Translations under genes and position numbers: made by a program
DNA from: Candidatus Omnitrophota bacterium
GTDB taxonomy: Bacteria; Omnitrophota; Gorgyraeia; Zapsychrales; Fredricksoniimonadaceae
Reading direction: 5' to 3'
Length of the DNA: 64,000 bases
NCBI GenBank assembly: GCA_903908245.1
Contig: CAIVRE010000007.1
Span: forward strand, 4,984 to 68,983
Part shown: one piece after another, positions 1 to 8,321 of the stretch
How positions within the stretch are numbered: the first letter of the stretch is position 1
How the letters are laid out: each line of letters opens with the position of its first letter
The notes under the pieces: model-generated
Seen by the model: the letters and a program-made list of their open reading frames with translations, nothing else
Told to the model about the DNA's origin: nothing
Database searches by the model: none

Positions 1-276
1 AACCTTCCCGGAGGCCCGGGCGTCAGGGTTGACACACATATTTATTCGGGGTATAAAATAAGCCCGTATTATGATTCAATGGTGGCAAAGCTCATTGTTC
101 ATGGCCGTGACCGGGCTGAGGCTATCAAGATCATGCGCCGGGCTTTGGATGAGTTCTATATTTCGCCGATCAAGACGACCATCCCGCTGCATGTGCAGAT
201 CATGAATCATCCGCTCTTCGTCAAGGGGCAGATCTCGACCCATTTTCTCGAGAAGATGGCAAAGAAGGAAGATTGA
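1..276 (+). CDS. accC: Acetyl-CoA carboxylase biotin carboxylase subunit, C-terminal part (truncated by window edge)
   Basis: Frame 1 is open from base 1: [33 protein letters not shown]...TTIPLH, the biotin carboxylase C-terminal motif; followed by an Asp23 gene as is typical. Confidence 0.93.
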   Translation, partial: NLPGGPGVRVDTHIYSGYKISPYYDSMVAKLIVHGRDRAEAIKIMRRALDEFYISPIKTTIPLHVQIMNHPLFVKGQISTHFLEKMAKKED

Positions 277-288
277 GGGGTTTAGTTT

Positions 289-645
289 ATGAGACCTGAG
301 AATAAAGTGGATCTTGGCGTTATCGCGGTGCATACGAATGTCATTGCGGATATCTGTTCCGCGGCCATTGCGGATATTGAAGGCGTCGTGCTTGCGCATA
401 ATGAGCCGCTGGAAGGGCTGGCGAGTATTGTAGGGATGCGTTTGAATACGGCGGTGGACGTTCGGGTGGAGGCCAGCGGCCAGGTCAGCGTGGTGGTCAA
501 GGTCGTTTTGCGTTATGGCATGAACTTGTCCGAGATCTCCCGTCGTATCCAGGATGTGGTCATGACGGCTGTGGAGAAGATGGCCGATATTAATTTAAGG
601 GATGTGGACGTCAGTATTCAGGGGATCAACCGGGGGGTGGCGTGA
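289..645 (+). CDS. Asp23/Gls24 family envelope stress response protein
   Basis: G-x-I...VIADI...IEGV...YGMNL...IQ..V...VE.M....V.V.I.GI pattern; follows accC. Confidence 0.88.
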   Translation: MRPENKVDLGVIAVHTNVIADICSAAIADIEGVVLAHNEPLEGLASIVGMRLNTAVDVRVEASGQVSVVVKVVLRYGMNLSEISRRIQDVVMTAVEKMADINLRDVDVSIQGINRGVA

Positions 646-1250
646 TGCGTATCCTGATCAAGATCGCGATCTTTTTCTATGTTATTGTTATTACAGTTAC
701 GGGGATCGCCGGGCTTATTCTTTTGGCGCATTTTGTTGATTTGTCCGGTTATGAGAAGATCCTGGCGTATGTTTATAATGATCCAAAGGCTGGCACCATC
801 GCCGCTTTTACGGTAGCGGCCATTATGATCATCAGTTTTGTTTTGGCACGTATCATTTATGGCCGCCAGGAGCAGGAGCGTATTATCACGTTTGATAATC
901 CTCTCGGCCGCGTGACCATATCCCTGTCTGCGTTAGAGGATCTGATACGCCGCATGGTGGTCCGTTCGCCGCAGATCAAGGAGATACGGCCGGATATCGC
1001 GTCTTCCAAAAAAGGGCTCAAGGTGGATATCCGCCTGGTCCTTCGTTCAGATGTGAATATCGCGGAGCTTACCGCGGACCTTCAGGAGATGATCAAGCGC
1101 AAGATCCAGGATGTTATTGGTAAAGAGGAGCGTGTGACGGTGCGTGTTCATGTGATCAAGATCTCAACCGAGAATATCCTTCCCGGTAAAAAAGGAATGG
1201 AAGAGGACGAGATCGAGCCGCCGCTTCATTTCCACGGATATAGAGCATGA
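642..1250 (+). CDS. Alkaline shock response membrane anchor AmaP-like protein
   Basis: Two N-terminal TM segments, then an Asp23-like domain (GRVTISLSALEDL); adjacent to Asp23. Confidence 0.8.
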   Translation: MMRILIKIAIFFYVIVITVTGIAGLILLAHFVDLSGYEKILAYVYNDPKAGTIAAFTVAAIMIISFVLARIIYGRQEQERIITFDNPLGRVTISLSALEDLIRRMVVRSPQIKEIRPDIASSKKGLKVDIRLVLRSDVNIAELTADLQEMIKRKIQDVIGKEERVTVRVHVIKISTENILPGKKGMEEDEIEPPLHFHGYRA

Positions 1251-2272
1251 AGAAGATCGGCATCCTCACAGGCGGAGCGGATTGTCCCGGACTCAATGCG
1301 GTCATTCGGGCGGTGGTTTACAAGGGCATGCAGGAAGGTTATGTCATTACCGGGATCAAGAATGGATGGCAGGGCCTGATCGAGAATGATACGCGCGTGC
1401 TTGATACCCGCGCGGTGTCGGGTATCCTGGATCGCGGCGGTACTATCCTTGGCACGAGCCGCAGCGATCCGTTCGAGAATCCCGAGCATATTGAAAAGAT
1501 CGGTGAGAATTATAAGCGTAACGGGATGGATGCCCTTATCGCTATCGGTGGTGAGGTGACCCTGGGGATCGCGGCCGAGCTGCAGAAGAAAGGCATCATC
1601 AGGGTTGTCGGGATCCCCAAGTCCATTGACAATGCCCTTTCGGGGACGGATTACGCGTTTGGTTTTGATACGGCGGTACAGGTGGCGACAGAGCTGATCG
1701 ACCGTTTGCATACGACGGCGGAAGCCAATCATCGTATCATGGTCATTGAGGTCATGGGCCAGTTCACCGGCTGGATCGCGGTCGAGGCGGGCATGGCGGG
1801 CGGCGCGGATATTATCATTATTCCTGAAGTGAAGACGGACATCGACAAGGTCTGCGAGGCGATCAAGAACCGTCATCGGCGCGGAAAGTCTTTTAGCATT
1901 GTGGTGGTGTCCGAGGGTGCGCAGGTAGATATGCCCGGCATTTACCAGGAGAATAGTGAAAAGCGCCGGTTTGGAAGTATTGGCGAACGCCTTGCTAAAG
2001 CGATCGAAGACATGACCGGGTATGAGACGCGTGTAAGCTTGCTCGGATATATTCAGCGCGGCGGGGCGCCAACGGCATTTGATCGTATCCTGGCGACCAG
2101 GTTTGGCGTTAAGGCTGTTGAGCTGGTTGCCGAGGGAAAGTTTGGCAAGATGGTGAGCTATCAGAACAATCGTATCAGGTATTGTGATATTGATGAAGCG
2201 GTGAAGCAGCGTAAACGGGTTGAACCTGATCTGGTGCAGATCTCCAAGGTTTTTACGGCAGATCAGATCTAA
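1247..2272 (+). CDS. pfkA: PfkA-family 6-phosphofructokinase homolog with non-canonical active-site residues
   Basis: TGGADCPGLN, GGTILGTSR, IPKSIDN, GFDTA, GYIQRGG motifs. Confidence 0.88.
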   Translation: MKKIGILTGGADCPGLNAVIRAVVYKGMQEGYVITGIKNGWQGLIENDTRVLDTRAVSGILDRGGTILGTSRSDPFENPEHIEKIGENYKRNGMDALIAIGGEVTLGIAAELQKKGIIRVVGIPKSIDNALSGTDYAFGFDTAVQVATELIDRLHTTAEANHRIMVIEVMGQFTGWIAVEAGMAGGADIIIIPEVKTDIDKVCEAIKNRHRRGKSFSIVVVSEGAQVDMPGIYQENSEKRRFGSIGERLAKAIEDMTGYETRVSLLGYIQRGGAPTAFDRILATRFGVKAVELVAEGKFGKMVSYQNNRIRYCDIDEAVKQRKRVEPDLVQISKVFTADQI

Positions 2273-2286
2273 AGGAGCGGGCGTCA

Positions 2287-2853
2287 GTGAAGCAGCGCAT
2301 TGAGGCGGTCCTTAACGAGTCCATTGAAGTCAAGAAAGCGGCCATTCAGCAATGCCTTCCCGCTATTGAACGGGCCGCCCAGCTGATCGAACGCGCTTTC
2401 CGGAATAATAATCGGGTTTTCTTCTGCGGCAACGGTGGTTCTGCGGCCGACAGCCAGCATATCGCGGCGGAGTTTATCGGGCGTTTTCAGAAAGAGCGCC
2501 GGGCTCTGCCGGCGATCGCGCTCACCACGGACACATCCATCCTTACCTGCCTTACCAATGATTACAGCTATGATATCGTTTTCTCCCGTCAGCTTGAGGC
2601 GCTTGGCTGCAAGGGGGATGTCATCGTTGGATTCTCGACCAGCGGCAAGTCGGCTAATGTGATCAAGGCATTTGAACGCGCGAAAGAAATGGGTATTGCT
2701 TCCATTGCTTTCGTCGGTCATGACGGAGGGCCAATGGGGAAGACGGCTGATATCGCGATCATTGTCCCTTCCAAGGTCACCGCGAGAATTCAGGAATGCC
2801 ATATCGCCATTGCGCATGCTGTTTGCGAAGTTGTTGAGAATGCTTTTGTTTAA
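2287..2853 (+). CDS. gmhA: D-sedoheptulose 7-phosphate isomerase
   Basis: CGNGGSAADSQH, NDY, STSG, ARIQECH motifs; GTG start after a GGAG SD. Confidence 0.95.
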   Translation: MKQRIEAVLNESIEVKKAAIQQCLPAIERAAQLIERAFRNNNRVFFCGNGGSAADSQHIAAEFIGRFQKERRALPAIALTTDTSILTCLTNDYSYDIVFSRQLEALGCKGDVIVGFSTSGKSANVIKAFERAKEMGIASIAFVGHDGGPMGKTADIAIIVPSKVTARIQECHIAIAHAVCEVVENAFV

Positions 2854-2862
2854 AATGTTTTT

Positions 2863-2959
2863 GGGCTTCAGCATTTAGGCTAATGCTAGGAAGTCTCGTC
2901 CTTATCTCATAAAGTGGTAGGCCGAGCCTTCAATCGCATTAGCCTAAATGCTTTCGCCC
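2863..2959. repeat. Long imperfect inverted repeat (REP/MITE-like hairpin)
   Basis: agcatttaggctaatgc (2870-2886) is the exact reverse complement of gcattagcctaaatgct (2936-2952); outer gggc/gccc and inner ctcg/cgag, cct/agg also pair. Confidence 0.75.
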
Positions 2960-3028
2960 TCAGCGAGTAGGATCAAGAGATCAATAAGGCATGAAGCCTA
3001 TGACGTCCCGTGAACCTGTTAGGGTAGG

Positions 3029-3400
3029 ATGATGTATAAAAAGATCGTAATGATCACATTCTTTTCATTTTCTTTATTTGGAACATCCGTTTTTGCAGGC
3101 GGTCAAGATGGCCGTTTGAAAGAGTTGATCGATCAGCTAGATGGTAAGACATGCAAGTTTGAGATTCAGGGAAATACTTGCGTTAACCGCCCCCCTTTTG
3201 CCGCTTTCTTTCGTCGAAGTGATAAAGAACAATGTATCATTGATTCTGCCAGGGCATTGGGGATGATGGGTTCTCAAGCAAAAGGTGCGTTGCCGGCTTT
3301 AATTGAAGCACTAAAAAAGCATTTCAATGTTGATACGGGTGACGGGGTTATCCCGGTACATTCCGAGATTGAAGCGGCCATAAAGAAGATTAACGAATAG
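3029..3400 (+). CDS. Exported hypothetical protein with a HEAT-like helical segment
   Basis: Signal peptide ending VFA; ARALGMMGSQAKGALPALIEAL resembles a PBS-lyase HEAT repeat. Confidence 0.65.
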   Translation: MMYKKIVMITFFSFSLFGTSVFAGGQDGRLKELIDQLDGKTCKFEIQGNTCVNRPPFAAFFRRSDKEQCIIDSARALGMMGSQAKGALPALIEALKKHFNVDTGDGVIPVHSEIEAAIKKINE

Positions 3401-3413
3401 TTTTAAGGAAGAT

Positions 3414-3899
3414 ATGCGATCAGTCAAGAAAGTTATTCCGGTCGTTGCGTTAAAGAAGCAGATCACTCATCTTCGCAAAGCGGGGAAGGTAATTGCGTTC
3501 ACCAATGGTTGCTTCGATATTCTGCATTACGGCCATGTCAGTTATTTGGAATCTGCCAAGAAAAATGATTCCCGTGTATTGATCGTAGGTTTGAACAGTG
3601 ACGTGTCGGTCCGTTCGCTCGAAAAGGGCGAAGGGCGGCCGATCGTGCCCCAGGCGGAGCGGGCGGCGGTGCTGGCGGGTTTGGCGGCAGTTGATTTTGT
3701 TGTTATTTTCAATGAGCCAACGCCTTATGAGCTTATTAAAAAACTTCGGCCGGATATTCTGCTTAAAGGGGCTGACTGGAAGGGTAAGGAAGTCGCGGGC
3801 GCGGATCTGGTCAAGCGGGTGGAGTTCGTTAAATACCAGCCGGGTTTGTCGACGACGAATGTTATTGAAAAGATAAGGAAGTTATGCGTAAAAGCGTAA
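3414..3899 (+). CDS. rfaE2: D-glycero-beta-D-manno-heptose 1-phosphate adenylyltransferase (stand-alone HldE domain II)
   Basis: FTNGCFDILHYGH, GLNSD.SV, GRP, KGADW, STT motifs. Confidence 0.92.
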   Translation: MRSVKKVIPVVALKKQITHLRKAGKVIAFTNGCFDILHYGHVSYLESAKKNDSRVLIVGLNSDVSVRSLEKGEGRPIVPQAERAAVLAGLAAVDFVVIFNEPTPYELIKKLRPDILLKGADWKGKEVAGADLVKRVEFVKYQPGLSTTNVIEKIRKLCVKA

Positions 3900-4309
3900 A
3901 GACCCCGGTCCGCGGTGTTGATCGGGTCATTGACGCCAATTTTAACCGGGCTAAAGAAGGTTTGCGGGTTTGCGAAGATACGGCACGGTTCATTATTGAT
4001 GATAAAGCGTTGACCGTGGGGTATAAGGATGTCCGGCATCAGTTGACGGACGCGGTTGAAGTCCTTGATTTGAAAGGGATCGTCCGGTCCAGGGATGTGG
4101 CGGGTGATGTCGGCCGGCCGACATCTTCTTCCGAATCGATACGGGGCAATGTTGCTGATATTTTCTATGCAAATACTCAGCGTGTTAAGGAATCGTTAAG
4201 AGTTCTTGAAGAGTTCGCCAAGTTGATTTCTCCGGCATTTGCGGAGAGGTTTAAAGTGCTGCGGTATAAGGTTTATGGTCTCGAAAAGAAAGTGCTTGAG
4301 CGGTTGTAA
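3884..4309 (+). CDS. ThiD2-family protein (N-terminal domain of long ThiE proteins)
   Basis: RVIDANFNRAKEGLRVCED...RD...DVG...AN..RV.ESLRVLEE...RY..Y..EK. Confidence 0.85.
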   Translation: MRKSVKTPVRGVDRVIDANFNRAKEGLRVCEDTARFIIDDKALTVGYKDVRHQLTDAVEVLDLKGIVRSRDVAGDVGRPTSSSESIRGNVADIFYANTQRVKESLRVLEEFAKLISPAFAERFKVLRYKVYGLEKKVLERL

Positions 4310-4925
4310 TTTGTACTTGATCCTCGACGCTGGCGTGTGCTCTTATGACCGTCTTTTTGAGGTTTTGAAAGCAGCCACTCTCAGCGGAGTTGACATTGTG
4401 CAACTGCGTGATAAAGTAGGTTTTGTTAAAGAGACATTAAGGTTCAGTAAAAAGTCGATCGCGTGGTTAAAAGGCCGTATTCCGTTCATTGTTAACGACA
4501 GGGTCGATATCGCCCGGATCTCAGGGGCGTGCGGTGTTCATTTAGGGCAGGATGATATTCCGCTGGCCGAGGCCCGCAGGTTATTGGGGGCTCGCGCGAT
4601 CATCGGAGTGTCCTGTCAGAATTTGACACATGTCCGCAGGGCGTTGCGTGATGGCGCGGACTATGTGGGGTTCGGCTCGGTCTATAGAACATTGACCAAG
4701 CCGGGCCGCTCGCCGATGGATCAGGGTGAGTTGAAGAAGGCGGTTCAGTTTTCCGAGCGGGAAGGGCTTCCTTTTTTTGCTATCGGCGGGATCACAAGGG
4801 GTAATTTGGGCCAGGTGAAAGACAATGATGTCCGGCGCGTGGCGGTGTGCCGTGATATCCTGTTGGCCGGAGACATACGCCGCTCCGTCGGAGAGTTTTG
4901 TGCGGCGCTCAATGTTAAACAGTAA
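4296..4925 (+). CDS. thiE: Thiamine-phosphate synthase
   Basis: LYLILD, VQLRDK, IVNDRVD, GVHLGQDD, GADY, TLTK, AIGGI; start estimated at TTG 4296. Confidence 0.9.
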   Translation: MSGCNLYLILDAGVCSYDRLFEVLKAATLSGVDIVQLRDKVGFVKETLRFSKKSIAWLKGRIPFIVNDRVDIARISGACGVHLGQDDIPLAEARRLLGARAIIGVSCQNLTHVRRALRDGADYVGFGSVYRTLTKPGRSPMDQGELKKAVQFSEREGLPFFAIGGITRGNLGQVKDNDVRRVAVCRDILLAGDIRRSVGEFCAALNVKQ

Positions 4926-4936
4926 ACGGTGTTGAT

Positions 4937-5010
4937 GCGAGAGTAATTCAGTGGCAGAATGCCAGCTTCCCAAGCTAGCTACACGGGTTCGATTCCCGTC
5001 TCTCGCTCCA
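4937..5010 (+). tRNA. tRNA-Gly (anticodon CCC)
   Basis: Acceptor stem gcgagag/ctctcgc, D-arm, loop ttCCCaa, T-arm acggg-ttcgatt-cccgt, encoded 3' CCA; one C-A mismatch in the anticodon stem. Confidence 0.95.
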
Positions 5011-5019
5011 TATATTTAC

Positions 5020-5721
5020 ATGAACTTCAGGAAAAAGCGATTCCTTCAGTGGGTCGGGGTATTAATGCTGTGCGCGTGGCTTTCCGGCTGCGCCACGGTG
5101 CGCAAGCCTTCCGTGGACCTTCCTTCCCTTCCGGGGAAACCTGTTCAGACCAAGGGCGTGTACCATAAGGTTAACAAGGGCGAGACGCTTTGGCGCATCA
5201 GCAAGACATACAAGATCTCCGTCGAGGATATTATCCAGGCCAATCGCATCCCGAGTGCCGCGTCCATCGAAGAGAATCAGCTGCTCCTTATTCCCGGCGC
5301 CGATACGGTAAAAGATGTTATTCCCCCGCAGGCTCCCGGCGGGAAAGACACGGATTATTGGTGGCCGCTCAAGGGCAGGATCGTTTCATATTTTGAGGAC
5401 CGCAAAGGCGCGCATATTAATCTCGGCGTGGATATCAAAGGCGCCGAGAATGACGCGGTGAAAGCCGCGCGCGAAGGGCGGGTGGTTTTTGCCGATCATC
5501 TTGCGGGTTATGGCACGACGGTGATGATCGACCATGGCGACGGGTTTATTACTGTTTACGGGCACGGGGGCCGTCTTCTGGTCAAGCTCGGGGATTATGT
5601 CTTCAGGGGAGAGAAGATCGTTCAGCTTGGGGAAGATGCCCAAGGGGCGTTCATGCATTTTGAACTGCGCAAAGGGGTTGCACCGAAGAACCCTTTGCAT
5701 TATTTGCCGCGGGAGATGTGA
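5020..5721 (+). CDS. LysM + M23 domain lipoprotein (NlpD-like)
   Basis: Lipobox LSGC; LysM H.V.KGETLWRIS; M23 region WPL.G...GVDI...YGH...HFE with incomplete Zn ligands. Start moved to ATG 5020 because the ORF-track start overlaps the tRNA. Confidence 0.85.
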   Translation: MNFRKKRFLQWVGVLMLCAWLSGCATVRKPSVDLPSLPGKPVQTKGVYHKVNKGETLWRISKTYKISVEDIIQANRIPSAASIEENQLLLIPGADTVKDVIPPQAPGGKDTDYWWPLKGRIVSYFEDRKGAHINLGVDIKGAENDAVKAAREGRVVFADHLAGYGTTVMIDHGDGFITVYGHGGRLLVKLGDYVFRGEKIVQLGEDAQGAFMHFELRKGVAPKNPLHYLPREM

Positions 5722-7346
5722 TGGACGGTAGTTTCTACGGAAGAAAAGATATCCTTGCGCTCATTAAGCGCCGCGTGGCGGACCTGAAAGAAGGTTATCG
5801 TCAGAACATGGCGTTCCTGGGCAGCCGGCATGTCGGTAAGAGTGCGGTCCTGCGTCAATTCCTTGCCAACCTTGATGACGGGACGGTGATACCGGTCTAT
5901 CTGGACCTTGAAGGCCGGGATATCCATTATTTCGCGTCCAAGTTCATCCGCAGCATCCTGTATCATTTTGCCCGCAGTCAAGGGTTGCAGCCGGCGGAGT
6001 CGCTTGCGGACTTGTTGACGGCTGTTGAGGCGATGATCCCCCAGACGGTGGTCTGCGTTCGTGAGATCACCGGGTTGATGGAGAAAAATCGCCTGAGTGA
6101 GGCGTATGAGCAGGTCCTTTCGTTGCCGGAGATGTTCAGTTATGAAACGGGCCACAATTGCCTCATCATCCTTGACGAGTTCCAGGTCCTCGAAGAGTTC
6201 GGTGTTCCTGATGTTTTTCGCCGTCTTGCGGACCGTATCACCACCCAGAAGAAGTCGCTTTATCTGGTGGCCAGTTCTTACGAGGAGCTCGGCCAGAGGA
6301 TCCTGGCGGAAAAACTCACGCTCCTGTTCGGGAATTTTGAGACCGTTCACGTCGATCCGTTCGACCTGCGCCAGAGCCAGGAATTCATTGCCGCCCGGAT
6401 GGGGGACGTGAATATCGGGGTGCAGCTCAAGAATTTCCTTGCGGATTTTACCGGTGGACGCCCGTTGTATCTTGATATTATTGCCCACGAGCTCCTGAAC
6501 CTGGCGTCGATCTATAAACAGCCGGAAGTTTACGCGCCTTTGGTAACACAGGCGGTTGAGAACATGGTTTTCAGCCGTTGGGGCGCGCTTAGCCGTCATT
6601 TTGAGCTGGTCATCGGCCGGGTCACGGCGGGCAAGGCGAACCGGCTTGTCGCGGACCTTTTGATGTCCATGGCCGAGGGTTGTAACCGGGTCAAGGATCT
6701 GGCCGGCGCGGTGGGGGCGGTGAAAGCGGCCGCGGTCAGCCAGAAGCTCAGTTATCTGGTGGAAGAGGATGTGGTCGAGAAGAACGGAAGTCATTATCAC
6801 ATCAAGGACAAGCTTTTTCGTTATTGGATCAAGTATGTTTTTCTCAAGCGTGTGCGTTCGATCGAGCTGGAAGCGGGCCGTTTGAAGAAGGATTTCAAGG
6901 AGGAAGTCGGGTGTGCCATCAATGATTTCCATGCCACTTGTGGCAAGGACCTTTCGTGCCGCGTAACGGAATTGCTGCATTGTTTTGATAATGACCATTT
7001 GAACTTAAAAGGCCGCAAATACCGGATGCCGGCGTTCCGGGATGTGAGGCCGTTGAAATTTGCCGAGCGTGGCGGGAGCCTTTGTGATGTCCTTCAGGCG
7101 GATACGGATGAAGGGATGTGGCTGCTGGTCTTGCGCAAGGACCCTTTGGCGGAGACGGATATCAATGGCGTCACGCAGGAACTTCGTTCTAGGGGCCTGA
7201 AACCCAAGCGTTGTGTTATTGTATCGCTTGCCGAACTTGATGACGGGGTGAGGCTTCGCGCGCTTGAGGAGCGGATGTGGGTCTGGAACGAGACGGAGCT
7301 GAATTCCCTGATGAACCTTTTTGACAAGCCGTATATCGTCTCATGA
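5718..7346 (+). CDS. Archaeal-type (ATPase_2/STAND-related) P-loop ATPase with winged-helix region
   Basis: FYGRKDIL N-terminus, Walker A GSRHVGKS, Walker B IILDEFQ, FTGGRPLYL, Y.IKD.LFRYW. Confidence 0.8.
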   Translation: MMDGSFYGRKDILALIKRRVADLKEGYRQNMAFLGSRHVGKSAVLRQFLANLDDGTVIPVYLDLEGRDIHYFASKFIRSILYHFARSQGLQPAESLADLLTAVEAMIPQTVVCVREITGLMEKNRLSEAYEQVLSLPEMFSYETGHNCLIILDEFQVLEEFGVPDVFRRLADRITTQKKSLYLVASSYEELGQRILAEKLTLLFGNFETVHVDPFDLRQSQEFIAARMGDVNIGVQLKNFLADFTGGRPLYLDIIAHELLNLASIYKQPEVYAPLVTQAVENMVFSRWGALSRHFELVIGRVTAGKANRLVADLLMSMAEGCNRVKDLAGAVGAVKAAAVSQKLSYLVEEDVVEKNGSHYHIKDKLFRYWIKYVFLKRVRSIELEAGRLKKDFKEEVGCAINDFHATCGKDLSCRVTELLHCFDNDHLNLKGRKYRMPAFRDVRPLKFAERGGSLCDVLQADTDEGMWLLVLRKDPLAETDINGVTQELRSRGLKPKRCVIVSLAELDDGVRLRALEERMWVWNETELNSLMNLFDKPYIVS

Positions 7347-7822
7347 GGCTGATCGTCATCTCTGATACCCATTCGGAGGACCTTCCACCGCTGTTGATCG
7401 AGGATATCAAGAAATCCGACCTTGTTGTTCATGTGGGGGACTTCTGTGATATCGATGTTTTCCATCGTCTTAAGGCGTTAAAAGAGATCCGTGCGGTTTA
7501 CGGGAATATGGACGGGCTTGACTTGCGCGGGGTGCTGCCGCGTAAAGCCGTTTTTAAATGTGAAGATGTGATGATCGGCCTTTTTCATGGCGAGGGCGGT
7601 CCGGATAAGCTTCTTGAGAAAGTCAGGGTGGCATTCGGGAAAGAAAGAGTGGATGTGGTGGTTTTTGGCCATTCGCATGAGGCCTTTAATCAGGTGATCG
7701 ACGGGGTCCTGTATTTCAATCCGGGCAGCCCTACGGACACTTTTCGCGCGCCGTTCCGTTCTTACGGGGTCCTGGAAGTCCGCGGCAAGAATGTCAAGGG
7801 GATGATCGTCAAGATCAAGTAA
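7343..7822 (+). CDS. YfcE/MJ0936-family metallophosphoesterase
   Basis: ISDTH, HVGD, GNMD, HG, GHSH, NPGS. Confidence 0.92.
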   Translation: MRLIVISDTHSEDLPPLLIEDIKKSDLVVHVGDFCDIDVFHRLKALKEIRAVYGNMDGLDLRGVLPRKAVFKCEDVMIGLFHGEGGPDKLLEKVRVAFGKERVDVVVFGHSHEAFNQVIDGVLYFNPGSPTDTFRAPFRSYGVLEVRGKNVKGMIVKIK

Positions 7823-7829
7823 GAGGGAT

Positions 7830-8321
7830 ATGGATATTCTTTGGGCACCCTGGCGTGAGAAATATATTAAGCAGTGCGGCTTCAAGAAGGATGGCTGTAT
7901 TTTTTGCCAGATCCTCAAGGCAAAGCAGGATGCGAAGCATTATATTTTCCTGCGTTCGGCGCATTCTTTCGCGGTTCTTAATATCTATCCTTTCAGCGGC
8001 GGGCATTTTCTGGTCATCCCCAACCGCCATGTGGGGGATATATCGGCCCTGACGGCGGACGAGCGTGCGGATATCATGGACCTTCTGGCCGACACCAAGG
8101 ACCTGATGGACCGGGCGTATAGACCGGAAGCGTTTAATGTCGGGATGAACCTTGGCAGCGCGGCGGGCGCGGGGATCCCGGAGCATTTGCATATCCATGT
8201 CGTGCCGCGCTGGAAGGGCGATGTGAATTTTATGCCGGCGATCTTCGGGACGAAAGTGATCCCGGTCGCGCTCGATAAGGTTTACAAGAGGTTGAAAGAT
8301 GCGCTCAAGGGCGGACATTGA
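7830..8321 (+). CDS. HIT family protein (Ap4A phosphorylase/hydrolase-like)
   Basis: LWAPWR, CIFC, N.YP..GH, AGAGIPEHLHIHVVPRW.GD.NFM. Confidence 0.92.
   Translation: MDILWAPWREKYIKQCGFKKDGCIFCQILKAKQDAKHYIFLRSAHSFAVLNIYPFSGGHFLVIPNRHVGDISALTADERADIMDLLADTKDLMDRAYRPEAFNVGMNLGSAAGAGIPEHLHIHVVPRWKGDVNFMPAIFGTKVIPVALDKVYKRLKDALKGGH

Noticed and set aside
2863-3025. Possible integron attC site (palindrome plus gttaggg before an orphan gene)
   Set aside because: No matching RYYYAAC inverse core, the palindrome does not include the GTT site, and there is no second attC or integrase
2960-3028. Possible TPP riboswitch (cccgtgaacctg) upstream of thiamine genes
   Set aside because: Lacks the CUGAGA element and the downstream AU...UAAU...GCG.AGG region, and is separated from the thi genes by two other genes
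4951-5019. N-terminal extension of the LysM/M23 ORF in the ORF track
   Set aside because: It overlaps tRNA-Gly; ATG 5020 gives a proper lipoprotein signal
5350-5721. Missing Zn ligands in the M23 domain as a novelty
   Set aside because: Degenerate M23 domains are normal for NlpD-type amidase activators
5700-6998. Long antisense ORFs (432 aa here; also 9323-10264, 40247-41266, 43384-44577, 60048-61061)
   Set aside because: They lie exactly opposite well-supported genes, have no recognisable motifs, and are expected shadows of biased codon usage
4937-7346. tRNA-Gly as an island integration site
   Set aside because: No integrase and no duplicated tRNA 3' end noticed in the window; flanking genes look native
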